Shown in pieces: positions 13,199 to 25,461 of a DNA stretch of 64,000 bases. Within the stretch, counting starts at the first letter, position 1. Each line of letters begins with the position of its first letter. The notes beneath the pieces are model-generated. The model did not search any database. It was given only the letters and a program-made list of their open reading frames with translations, and was not told the DNA's origin. This stretch comes from Torpedo marmorata (lineage: Eukaryota). The DNA lies in assembly GCA_977017645.1 (NCBI GenBank), contig OZ360220.1:118916001-118980000 (forward strand), given 5' to 3'. The translations under genes and the position numbers were made by a program.

Positions 13199-14114
13199 CT
13201 CTTCACATTCCCTTTTTTTTCCAACAGTGATCAGGCTCTTGAACCTCCCTGTATTACTCAAACTACCAATGAGCCATATGTGCTACTGGCACAACACATT
13301 TTTATCCAATACTAGCCAACTGTAAAAATATATTATTTATTTATTTTCAATTTTTGTATATTATCTTTTTTCCCCTCTTTGTAGTGTCTTAATTCTAGTT
13401 AATTTGTGTCAGTGTGTTTTACGTAAATGAGAAGCTGCATTTGGCAAGACTTCCATTTCATCTGCACGTTGTACTTATGTATGCGATAAATAAACATTCA
13501 GGCTCACACTTACATAGCCACTGATCCTCTGAGATTGTTGTTCCAAGAAGGGTTTTTCTTAATACCTGCATTATATCACATCATGAACTTGCATTTGCAT
13601 CATTTTGATGCTTTTTCCAACCCCACACCGATTCTCCCCTTGTATTTTCATCTCCTCCTCAGCATGGAGAATTAGGATGGAGTTGATGGGTGTTTGAGAT
13701 AGACTAGACTACAGGGGAACAGGAATGCTGAGCCCCTGATGGCTTAAAAAGGTCTCCTTTTGGATACTAATAAAATATGAGAAATTGTTTGGAGCATTTT
13801 CCGTTTTAGCAGAACTCCCAGTGTCACACGCCACTGTTGATGGTAGATTATGTTCAATTCTCCAATCAAGTTAAGTCTGTTGACCTCTGATTGAGGGGAG
13901 GTGGTTTGCTTCTTGTCTTCTCACAAAGTTCTCGAAAACTCATGCTGGGTGGGTTCTTCTGATGTCCATCCTCCAGATAATGAGTCACAAAAGTGACTCA
14001 GAGAGATCAAATATTGAAAATCAAAAATAAACCAGCAGATTCTGATGAAGAGACCTGGACCTGAAACATAGATTTCTCATTTCCCAGCTGTTGCCTGGTA
14101 CACTGAGTGTTTCA

Positions 14115-14590
14115 TAGAACACTACAGCACAGTACAGGCCCTTCGGCCCTCAATGTTGTGCTGACCTATATATTCCTACAAAAAAATCTGAACCCTTCCT
14201 CCCTCATAACCCTCTATTTTTCTTTTATCTATGTGCCTGTCTAAGAGTCTCTTAAATGCCCCTAATATTCCAGCCTCCACCACCACCCCTGGCAAGGCAT
14301 TCCAGGCACCCACAACTCTCTGTGTATAAAAAAAAATTACCCCTGATGTCTCCCCTAAACTTTCCTCCTTCACTCTGTACAGATGTCCTCTGGTGTTTGC
14401 TACTCCCGCCCTGGGAAAAAGGCATTGACTGTCTACCTTATCTATGCCTCTCAGAATATTGTCACCTCTCATCCTTCTACGCTCCAAAGACAAAAGCCCA
14501 AGCGCTGCTAACCTTGCCTCATAAGACTTATTTTACAATCTAGTCAAAATCCTGATAAATCTCCTCTGCACCCTCTCCATAGCTTCCAGC
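14115..14590 (-). mobile_element. CR1-like LINE 3' end
   Basis: ORF 14176-14493: SLERRRMRGD...FFYTQRVVGAWNALP...FKRLLDRH. Confidence 0.88.
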
Positions 14591-14746
14591 ATTTTTGCTT
14601 TTTATTTCAAATATTGATCTTATTTTTGCATTTTGTTTCAATGGCAGGTCACTTTACGTTCCTCAAGAGTAAACTTTCCAGATGTCAGCTATTACCAAAT
14701 TGTTACAGGGCGGGATTAACCCATTGGTCAGTTTCAGTGGTGTAAA

Positions 14747-14882
14747 GGGCAGCACGGTTAGCGTAGCCCTTAGCGCAACTCTGTTACAGCGCCAGCGACT
14801 GGGATGCAAATCCAGCGCTGTCTATAAGGAGTTGGTACGTTCTCCCCGTATCTGGGTGGGTTTTCTCAGGGTGCTCCAGTTT
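14747..14882 (+). mobile_element. tRNA-derived SINE (HE1/V-SINE-like), 5' part
   Basis: ggcagcacggttagcgtagc head with A/B-box-like motifs, then a V-domain-like tacgttctccccgt...gggtttt...gggtgctccagttt. Confidence 0.75.
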
Positions 14883-15588
14883 GTATGTCTATGCATGAAC
14901 GCTATTGCCCCATGGATGTGATTGTTCACGTTGAGTTTTATCATGAGCTGGACACAAGTGTCAGTGCTCCTTTACTTGAAAGACACATTAAAAAAAGACT
15001 GAAGAAAAGCCAAATACCTGTGCTTGCACCTTCTTTTGTATGAAAATATAAAAGAAACCATTGTTTAGTGAGCAGATGGTTAAAACCAAGATGCTGCTGC
15101 CTTTGTTGTTTCAGATGAGAGAATATTCCTTTCCTCCTGTAGTGTGTTCAACAAGACACTTAGGGACTATGCTTTGACTGCTGGTAAGTTTGACAAGATA
15201 ATGAGACAGTGGGAACATTTTGCATCTTATTGAAAAAAAACTCTCGCTGATTCCATTGTGCCACATAGCTGGAACTTTCCAGGTATGCAATGTAATAGAT
15301 GAGTGTGGGATGATAACTGCACCCAACATTCTCACACAGAGTTGACATCCCAGTGATCTCTCTGTACCTTGAAAACATTTGTTGTAGATTCTTAGAAAAA
15401 AAAGTAGAGACTTCCGAACTCCCAGATTCAGGTTGTAAAATAGTATATAGCTTCTGCACAGAAAGTAAAAAAACATGAGCTGGGAGGCTCTTGAACCTCA
15501 CCTTCTTACACTAATCATGGACTGCTCTGACACCACAAGAGGATTGTCTGCACAATTGCAATGTCACTCTTTTTTAACACTAGGATAG

Positions 15589-16455
15589 TGTTATGGACCA
15601 TGACTGACTATTTGGACTGCGGACAGTCAGCAGGAAGGATGAAGTATTTTGGAGTATACACTGGGACCAGGTACTGAAAGAGTTAACTTGCCCAGGACTT
15701 GGTGTACCCAGAGAGAGAGAGAGAGCAGAGAGAGACAGGCTGTGGAAAAGATACTTTGTTGCACTTTTGCAAAAGCAGGTGCAGACCTCTGCAAAAAGCA
15801 GACAGTTTGGAGTTGCAAGGCTAGAGAACACAGCCAAATCCAGGCTTGTGCATCGCAGAGGAAAAGGCTGGAAGGATAGCACATGGCCTCCTGTCTCAGA
15901 GAAATTCTGAGGTAAAGCAACTTCTGTGGAGAACAGGCGTGAGATCAGCGAGACTAGCTGTGAGATCCAAGCACACGCCTCAATCAGTGGTATACTGATC
16001 TGAACTCACAATCCTTATGAAAACACAAGAAGGGAACGTCATCAGAGAAGAAAAACAAGTATTTGTAAGCATAAACAGTCATTGTCTCTCTCCAACGTTC
16101 ATTCAGAAGTACTTCTACCAGCACACAGAGCTGAATTTGAAACCTGAACTTAGAGAGTGAATTTTGTGGACTGTATTATTCTTTTTTTGACTGACTTGTT
16201 TTTATGATTGACCTGGGGTTTTTTTGGGGAAGTTTTTCCATTTTTCCATAAGGGTTGGGCACAGACTGTAATGGTCTGGGCTTTACACACACACACACAC
16301 ACACACACCTTTTAGATAAGAATAGTGTTTATAGATGTTTATAGTGGGGTTAATTGTTGTGAAATTATATGTTTAATTGTCTTTAATAAATATAAATTTC
16401 AATTTTACCCCTTTTGCATTGCCTCTTCTGTCGTTGCTGGTTTGATTTTGTAACA
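15589..16455 (+). mobile_element. solo LTR (Gypsy-type), 867 bp
   Basis: TGTTA...TAACA termini. Exact 4-bp TSD ATAG at 15585-15588 and 16456-16459. AATAAA near 16385. Splits a Rex1-like 3' UTR. Confidence 0.85.
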
Positions 16456-16742
16456 ATAGCTATGAATATTTATTAGCGATCTGTTTTTTTTTGTAGTTAT
16501 TGTCTCTTTTTAATTCAATTAAGTGTACTATTGTGGTTTTTTTTGTAGTTTAATTTACAAAGTACCTGTAGCAGTAAGAATATCAGTGCAGATGTACATT
16601 GTACAATGTGTATGACAATAAACTCATTATCTTTTTCATTATCATTATTATCATTATCAAATATAAACTTGCTTTCAATTAATCAATTTTTTACCAAATG
16701 AAGGAGAATCCATTCATCTCTGAGCTTAATATAAAACAAATA

Positions 16743-16962
16743 CAGTAAAACCCCCAGTATCCAGCACCTATGGGGATTGGTAGATGCTGGATTAGTGAAT
16801 TTTCCGGTTACTTGAGATGCGTGTTACGTTGATTGGCGGACTAACCGCTAGGGACGCCAATTTTAACCTTTTGGATTTTTTGCCTATTTATTTTCTGCAA
16901 TTTTCTTGCCAGTTGCTTGAGGCTGCTGGTTGCTTGAATTCTGGATAACGGTGATTTTACTG
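16743..16962. mobile_element. Tigger/pogo-like MITE
   Basis: TIRs cagtaaaacccc...tatcc / ggataac...ttttactg, flanked by TA. Related copies at 50603 and 52960. Confidence 0.82.
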
Positions 16963-17728
16963 TACTACATTTCTGTAAGGTATTTCAGCTCTGCAATAAT
17001 TCAGACAGGAGTCTGTGATCTCCAACTCCTCTTCCCAATTACCAAATACAATGGAAGTTTGACGGCTCCCACTCTTGGTACATGGAGGAAATTAGATCCT
17101 TGACATCACAAGGAGTACACAGAGTTAGACTGGGTGTTGGAGGTGCCGTGAACCTTCCTGCTGTTCCTGGCACACAGTTGATGCAAAGATACCTCCAGTC
17201 AAATTATCTGGGGCAGTTTATTTCTTGTCCTGAGTCACCAAGGATTCCCAGAACTGTACTCCAATTAGTCCAATCAGCAGGATGATTGTTCCAAGAAAAT
17301 AAATGGGACAAATCCACCAACAGGCGAAGCTATTTTGAGCTTGGGAATTGAGGCATGTATTTGGGTACAGATGAGCTAGTTTTTCTTTGTATCTAGCTGT
17401 GTCCTATCCGACACTTAAAGATAACACTAGATGAAGCACACTGCAAAATGTATGTAGTGCTTCTTGGAAGACCCCTGCCTTGTGCCCCACTCATTGTGAA
17501 AGTGAAAATGCTTTCCAAACAAATTGATGCTTTCTCTGTCAGTCAACTCTGCTTGTTGAAATCAGCACTCCCAAAAGATATTCTATAATTTCCCTCTGCG
17601 TTACTTCCTGCATTAGTCTTGGTGCTGGTGTGATGGAGCTCAACTTTTTGCTGGCTTTTCTAATCTTCTGGACAAAGGAGAACATATTATCCACAGCAAT
17701 TAAAGCAGCTTTTTTTTAAATTTTCTAG

Positions 17729-17833
17729 GTGGAAGTGGTATTCTTAGAGCAGAAGAAGATTCTGGTACCGAAGCAGATGATGAAACCCATCTCACCTTCT
17801 ATTCTGAGCACCGGGGAAGGCGAAGAAGCAAAG
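17729..17833 (+). CDS. ASTN2: internal coding exon of astrotactin (astrotactin-2-like)
   Basis: Pyrimidine tract plus ttttctAG acceptor; AAG|GTAAAG donor; 105 nt, phase 1-1, open frame (G)GSGILRAEEDSGTEADDETHLTFYSEHRGRRRSK(G). Matches the recalled ASTN2 cytoplasmic-loop segment SGSEADDETQLTFYTEQYRSRRRSKG. Confidence 0.85.
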
Positions 17834-18499
17834 GTAAAGAGATTTTTCATAAGTCTCAGCAGTCCTGCAATCAGAAATAAGAGTGGCAGTCAAATTATTG
17901 GTTTGGTTTTGTTCTGGCAGGAATAAAAATAACAGCAAATTTTTGTTTTAAGCTTATGCCTTTGGATAATGCCCATTCTGAAATGAATTGATCGTGTAAA
18001 TGTCTGAGCTAACTCAGTGTGGAATATGAATCTGCTGACTGTAACTCATCTTTAAATTATAGCAATTTGACATTAGTGGATTCCAGAATTATCCTGTCAT
18101 TTCCATCATATGTGTGATAGATTATTTGTGGGAAGTGATAAACACACATTGGATCCAGCATTTTTGACAGCTTATATCATAAACGGTAGAAGTATGACAA
18201 AGTTAATATTTATGCAGATGCTGGAATCCTCCTCATATTTTCTTAAGCAAGATCTGTATTGTTAGTTTGGCAATCTTGTTGAGTTGGTCTCAAAAGATCT
18301 GCGACAGAGCTCAAAGAAAACACTTGTGAGAGAACCTAGCAGAGAAAGTTGTGCTGGTTTGAGATGACAGAAAATTGCCCTAATGTTGACTGAGAGCTTC
18401 AAATTTCCTCATTGCATATTTTTTCAGTGCTACCAATTAACCAGTCCATGACTCATTGGCAGAGGGAAATTTTCTATATCTGATTTATGTCGCAGTTGC

Positions 18500-19060
18500 C
18501 TCTCTCAACCAGGACCCACAGCCCTGACCGATTGTGCTCTCTGAGTGGAATTTGCACAAATTCCCTGTGCCTGCATTAGCTTCCTTCCACAGCCTAGAGA
18601 TTTGTGGGTTGGTAGCTTAATTGGCCAATGTAAATTAGTAGAATTTAATGGGGTGGCAGTGTTCATGGGAATGTGGAAAGAATAGTTTACAAGGGAAAAT
18701 AGTGAGGAATGGGCTCACTTTGTGAGCAGGGTAGACACGATAATGTGCAGTGCCTTTAGAGTTATGACCATATGGCACAAAAACATGTCCGTTGGTCACA
18801 TCTAGTCTGTGCGGACTATCATTTACACTTACCCCATATTTACTTGCCACATTCCCATCAGCCTTTTCCAGATTTTGCATGGAACCTTGTGCCACTCACC
18901 AACACACCAGGGCCAATTAACCTACCAACCCTGACGTCTTTGGGATGCGGGAGTCACAGGCAGAATGTGCAAAGTCCACTCTGATAGTTCCAGAGGTCAG
19001 AAACAATCCTGGGTTACTGGCGCTGTGAGGCATCATCTCCACTATCTGTGTCACTGTGAC
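18500..19060. mobile_element. two old V-SINE-like fragments in opposite orientation
   Basis: ttaattggccaatgtaaatt (+) and ggccaattaacctaccaaccc...tctttgggatgcgggag (-) SINE body motifs. Confidence 0.6.
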
Positions 19061-19668
19061 ACCTTCTTGTGCATCCTTAGCAAATATGGACTATGTTTCT
19101 AAGCATCATGAATACTAATTTGAAGACAGGCCTTCCTTCAAATTCCAAGGTTCATTTAGACTTTAGCAGTCTCCTCTGGATTCTGACTGATTTTTCTGTC
19201 GAACTCCAGTGCTGTGGTGCTGATTAAGTGCTCTACTACAAATCCAAAAGCCACTTATTCATACACACTCGTGATATAATCTGTCACCTTTCTGGTAAAA
19301 TTAGCTCACAATCAATTCACTGAGACAATGGAATTACTTTGTATGGATAAACCGAAACTTGGGTCTGATTGACTCTTTCTGAAGCTGTCTGTCGTGCCAC
19401 AACATTAGCCTCTGCTGCTCTGGTTGTGGACTTCTTGGCTCTACTTGACGGTAAAAGACTTTAAACTGACGTATGCCCACTCAGGATCCAAATAAAAAGG
19501 TCAAAGTCAGTCCTGAAGCTTCAGCGATCATTGGAATGTAGAATTGTGGTTTGCTTTACAGATAATTCTTGGGCAAAGTCCTCATCTCTTGCCCCAGTAG
19601 AGTTGGAAAGGACACTTTCAGTGTTTCACCTGCAGAAGTTGTTGAGGGACGTGCCAAACTTCTTTAAT

Positions 19669-20120
19669 GTCCCTCAACAACTTATTCGGCTGCACCATTG
19701 AAAGCATGGTTGTTGGATGCATCCCTGCATGATATGGAAGGTGCAATGCTCAAGATCAGAGGAAGCTATGGAAGGTGGTGAATTTAGCTCATAACATCAT
19801 ATAAGCTTCCCTCCCTTCTGTGGACACTCCCATTGCCTTGAAAAGGCAGCCAACGTACTGTAGGGGTCATCACACCTTGGACACACTCTCTTCTCCCTCC
19901 TCCCACAGAGGAGAAGGCTTCTGAATGAACCACACAACAGCGCTGTCATGCTCCTCTTGCTCTGTACAAAATAATCTTTATTTAATTGGAACTCCATACT
20001 CTTTATTTGAGTTCTTCCTCTTCTACTTTACACAGCTGTATGAATGTTAGATTGACCTATTTGACTGCTGGCGGAAGAACCTTTCTCACTGTTGCAGGTA
20101 TAATGTTACAAATAAACTTA
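19669..20120 (+). mobile_element. old Rex1-like LINE 3' fragment
   Basis: Degenerate match to the ORF C-terminus (ctgcaccattgaaagc, tgccttgaaaaggcagccaac, ggacacactctcttctccctcctccca). Ends caaataaactt. Confidence 0.65.
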
Positions 20121-20655
20121 GTACCCTGAGTTCCAGATAGACAGTCACACTAATAGATCTAATATTGTCGTGAATTGTTTGTGGAAATCATGTGGGTGGG
20201 TGCCATGTCCAATGTGATCAGAATTAAGTTTGAAATGTGGTAGTCGTGCAATCTCGGAAATGTATTTTCATGTGCATACATTTAATGTAATTGCTGCAAG
20301 AGGCTGTGGATCAGTTCTCACTGCCTTGAGGCGATCTGATGAGAAAAGAAAATCAGAAGATTATTATAAATGAGTAAACTATCAAATAAATTGCTGTGCC
20401 TGCATGAAAGACACAATTTCATTCATCACCAAAGGTTTTATCCTTCCCCTTCCATTCATGAGATGTCTAAATTTCACTGAGATTGTGACCATCTTTCTTC
20501 ATGCGAGAAAAATTCTAATGCTATTTGAAACAGCCTGCCATGGTACAGATCTGCCTTGCATCTGCAGAAAAATATTAATGTCTGTATTTAAACACCTTAC
20601 TCGCTGAATATTATTCAAACTCTGTTCACATCTACTCACTTAACATCAGTGATGT

Positions 20656-20993
20656 TGTAGCGACTACTATCCATAAAAAATCCGCTCGGAGGCTAAGTGG
20701 GCTCTTCACTGTGACGCGTTCGAATAAATTCTTAACGGAATCCAGATGAGTTTTAAACAGTTTATTAATTAACACAAAAAGACTCGTAACATCCGTGGTA
20801 ATGTTCTTAAACTTGGTAAAATGTAACGATCAATCTCCTCGGTAAGGGTCAACAGAAAATATCGGAGCCTCACTCACCCACCGTCTATCCCGCCTTACCA
20901 GTCAATGCGAGCTAACTAACTGCCAACCACCCGAAATCCCCACGCAGGCACCAAACCCCAGTGAATAGCGCGTGTGCACTGGAACAAACAGAC
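20656..20993 (-). mobile_element. probable LTR fragment
   Basis: CpG-rich block whose minus strand has AATAAA and ends ...gtcgctaCA. The other end and TSD were not found. Confidence 0.45.
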
Positions 20994-21185
20994 CTCCTTT
21001 CTTAAATAGTGGAACTACATTTGCGACCTTCCAATCCTCCGGAACCATGCCAGAGTCTATTGATTTCTGGAAAATCATTTCCAATGCCTCCACAATCTCC
21101 AAAGCCACCTCCTTCAGAACCCGTGTGTGTACCTCATCCGGTCCGTGAGACTTATCCATCTCTAGTCCATTCACCTTACCAAGCA
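20994..21185 (-). mobile_element. internal CR1 RT fragment
   Basis: DKSHGPDEVHTRVLKE...GMVPEDWKVANVVPLFKKG. Confidence 0.8.
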
Positions 21186-22839
21186 CAATATTCTTGCTTC
21201 TCAAAATCAGCAAGGAGCTTAATGTGTACTTTGGTAGGGGAGACCGAGGGACCACACACCCATTTTCACTGAGAGGATGGCACAGGAGAGGGTTTTTACC
21301 TTCATATTATATTTTAAGGAGCATAGTCACACCTTTAACAAAAGCTTAGCCCGTGCCCCATCAGAGCGATCTCGTCAAATATTTCATAATTTTAGAAGAA
21401 GTCGTTGAGCAAACTGCCATTTAAAAGAGGTGATTACTTTTGAGAGTACATCTGGAACATCCAGACAGAAAATATTCTGTTATGAATATTTTCATCATAA
21501 ATCCACGGAAGATATTACGCAAGTGACATGAACTTCAGCCATGCATTTTATGGGGATGGAACAGTTTGTTTACATAATCCAGTTGGCAAGTTAGTACTGT
21601 GGATGCAATTGCTGCACATCTTGCATTCACATTGAAGTTTAACATTTCCTAGGCACTTCAGTAACTGTGCATAACCTTATTTGTTATGAACATTTTTTGT
21701 TTGTTTTGGTTTATCAAGACTAATTGCAGATTTATTCTGGAAAATAATTGATACTCTTCAATGACTACATTGAAGGAAAATATTGAGGATGTGTTGCGAG
21801 AGAGATCGCAGAATTGAATTGAATTTGTGAATTATTGCTTATTGCCACATGTGCTGAGATGCAGTAAAAACAACATAGTTCAGCATGTTATTTAGGCAAG
21901 TCAGAGAAAAATAATCAGGCAAAACAGTGGAAGGGCATCATCATTTCACAAAAGAGAGATCGATTCAAAAGGCTCATAACAAAGGGAAGAAAACCTTTTT
22001 TTTAAATATTTTATTTAAATATTTAATAAATTTTTACCCCATCCCTTCTCCCCCTCCCCCAACCCCTCTTCAAATTTATGTATTTATATCACAAATATCG
22101 ATAAGTATATAAAAAAAAAGAAAAATAGGAAAAAAAAGGAAAGAAATTTTTGGACTGTCAGAGGAGTACCGCTCGTGACATATCTCAAAATATCAAATAA
22201 ATACATTTCAAGGATGATCTCGCAGTTCTGGAGGCGTATAAAACACCTTTACAGATTTAATTTCATTATTTGGGTATACGGGCGCCATATTTGCAAAAAG
22301 GTGGAATATTTATTCCTCAAATTATATGTAATTTTTTCTAAAGGAATACAACTTTGAATTTCAGCATGCCACCTTTGCATATCCAAGGATGTATCGGATT
22401 TCCAAGTCACAGCAATACATTTCCTCGCTACTGTTAAAGCTAGTTTAACAAATACCAATTGATAATTTGATAGTTTAAATTTAGGTCTTGCACCCTCAAT
22501 ATTCCCTAAAAGAGATAAATCGGGGGTTTGTGGAAATACAATTCCTGTAACTTGTTCTAAAAAATTTCATATATCTAGCCAAAGGTTTTTACCTTGCGGC
22601 AAGACCAAGTTGAATGTATAAAAGAACCTACATCTTCACCACATCTAAAACATTGATCAGATAGTTCTGGTTTTATTTTATGTAACTTCTGTGGTGTCAG
22701 ATATAACTGATGCAAAAAATTATATTGAACTAATCTATACCTTAAATTTATAGTATTAGTCATAGAGTCTTTACATACATTTTCCCATATTTGTTGATTT
22801 ATTGTGATATTTAAGTTTGTTTCCCATCACTGTCTAGAT

Positions 22840-23214
22840 CAGTGGTTTTCAAACTGTCCCCCTAAACTCACATTCCACCTTAAGCAATCCCTATGCCATA
22901 AGTGCTCTGTGATTAGTAAGGGATTGCTTAAGGTGGTATGTGAGTGGGAAGGAAAGGTTGAGAACCACTGCTCTAGACCCAATTGTTGCTGAAATATTTT
23001 GCTTGAGAAAAATTTTCATTGTCCCATTTCCTTTGGAGTTATGAAACCGTGCACATAACGAGCCAATTAGGAACGATTAAAACAGTGGTTTTCAAACTTT
23101 TTCTTTCCACTCACATACCACTTTAAGCAATCCCTTACTAATCACAGAGCACTTATGGCATAGGGATTACTTAAGGTGGTATGTGAGTTTAGGGGGGCAG
23201 TTTGAAAACCACTG
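22840..23214. mobile_element. composite hAT (Charlie/MER5-like) non-autonomous element
   Basis: CAGTGGTTTTCAAACT TIRs; 8-bp TSD gtctagat/atctagat. Made of two inverted ~131-bp MITE units (22840-22970, 23083-23214) around a spacer. Confidence 0.85.
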
Positions 23215-23456
23215 ATCTAGATCTATTTAACCCTTCTTTAGGAGTTCCAGCTTGTCGTAATTCATAAATCTGAGAAGGAAATTCTTTAACAATTCCTCTC
23301 CTAATCAAGAGTTCTACTTCATTACAACTAGGTAAAGGTATGGTTGGTCCTAATTTATCTCTCAAATATGCTTTTAATTGAAAATAACAAAAAAAAGTAT
23401 TTTGTGTTATGGCATATTTGTTCCTCAACTGTACAAACGACATTAATTGACCTCTT

Positions 23457-24245
23457 TCAGAATCAGAATCAGAATCAGAATCAGTTTTGCGGCAGCATCA
23501 TAGTGCAATTAACATTCATATTAACCATCTAACGACATTACTATAAAAAATTATAAACAATAGTGCACGAAAAGTAAGGTAGTGTCTTTGGTTCATTGAT
23601 TATTCAGGAATCTGATGGCAGCGGGGAAGAAGCTGTCCTTGTGTCGTTGAGTGCTCATCTTTAGGCTCCTGTACCTTTTCCCCGATGGAAGCAGAATGAA
23701 GAGGGCATGGCTTGGGTGGTGGGGGTCCTTGAGGATAGAGGCTGCTTTTTTAAGACACCGCCTCATGTAGATGTCCTGGATGGAGTGAAGTTTGGTGCCT
23801 GTGATGTCACAGGCCGAGTTAACAACCTTCTGGAGTTTACTTTTGTCCTGGGAGTTGGCGCCGCCATACCAGGCAGTGATGCAACCAGCCAGAATGCTCT
23901 CCACGATACACCTGTAGAAGTTTACGAGAGTCTTTGGTGACATACCAAATCTCCGCAAACACCTCACAAAGTATAGCCGCTGACGAGCCTTCTTTGTGAT
24001 TGCATCCACGTGGATGCTCCAGGACAGATCCTCGGAGATGTTGACATCCAGGAATTTGAAGTTCTTGACCCTCTCCACGACTGAGCCCTTGATGAGGACT
24101 GGGTCATGTTCCCCTGACTTCCTCCGGAAGTCCACAATCATCTCCTTGGTTTTGCTGACATTGAGCTCAAGTTTGTTGTCATTACACCATTCAACGAGCT
24201 GATCTATCTCCCTCCTGTATGCTTCCTCATTGCCGTTTGTGATTC
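23457..24245 (-). mobile_element. Rex1/Babar LINE 3' fragment nested in L1
   Basis: ORF 23593-24141 belongs to the same family as 945-2565; (TTCTGA)n tail at 23457-23484. The L1 frame LEDCYE|RGQLMSF rejoins across it. Confidence 0.92.
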
Positions 24246-25461
24246 ATAACAATCTTCAAGATTTACAATCTCATTATGGTACCAAATATTCAAAAATTGA
24301 TTATCTCTTGAAAAAGCTATAAATGGATTTTGATTTAATGGCATTTTAGGCGATATAGATCCTTTTATTCCAATTACATCTTTTATTTTATTCCAAATAT
24401 TAAGTAAATGTTTCAATAATGGTGTATCTTTACCAGCAGTTATCAATTTCGTTTCCCATTTATATATAAAATCTTCTGCTCTCTTTTCTCCTATCTTGTT
24501 CAGTTCTATATTTACCCACGCTACTTTTTTATCTTTGAAAAAAGATGCAAGAAATCTAATTTGAGCAGCTCGATAATAGTTTTTAAAATTAGGCAGTTGT
24601 AAACATCCTAATTCATATTTCCATGTTAATCTTTCGATAGAGACTCTTGACATTTTATCTTTGCATAGAAATTTTCTTACATGTTTTTTTAATTCTTGAA
24701 AAAAATTCTGAGGGATTGAAATAGGTAATGTTTGGAAGAGATATTATATTCTTGGAAATATATTCATCTTTATACAATTAACTCTTCCGACTAAAGTTAT
24801 AGGGAAATTAATCAATTTTTAAAAGTCTTCATCAATTTTTTCAGTGATAATAAGTAATTCAATTGATATAAATTTTTCAAATTACTATTTGTACGTATAC
24901 CTAAGTATTTAATACCCTCTTTTGGCCATTTAAACTGAGTACCTGTCTGACAATCTGTATAATCACCTTCCGTCAATGACATTATTTCACTTTTATCCCA
25001 ATTTATTTTATAGCCCGAAACCTTTCCATATTCTTCCAGTTGAATATATAGTCTTCGTAAAGATATTTCAGGATCATTCAAATATTTTAAAATATCATCT
25101 GCAAATAAATTGATTTTATGTTCTTCTTGACCTATCCTAAAACCCTTAATTTGTAAATCAGAACAGATTTTCTGGGCAAGTGGTTCTGTGGCTAAAACAA
25201 ATAAAGCTGGGGATAAAGGACATCCTTTTCTGCTAGATCTTGTCTAATTAAATGGCATAGACATTTGAACATTAGTTACTACATTGGCTTTAGGATTATT
25301 ATATAGTGCTTTAATCCAATTTAATAAATTGGTCCCAAGTCCACATTTCTCTAATACTTTAAACAAAAAATCCCACTCTAATCTATCAAATGCTTTTTCT
25401 GCATCTAAAGCGACTGCAACACTCAATTCACCTCTTTTCTGAGCTAAATGCATAATACTTA

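Noticed and set aside
17729-17926. 65-aa ORF listed in the track
   Set aside because: Wrong frame of the astrotactin exon, running on into the intron.
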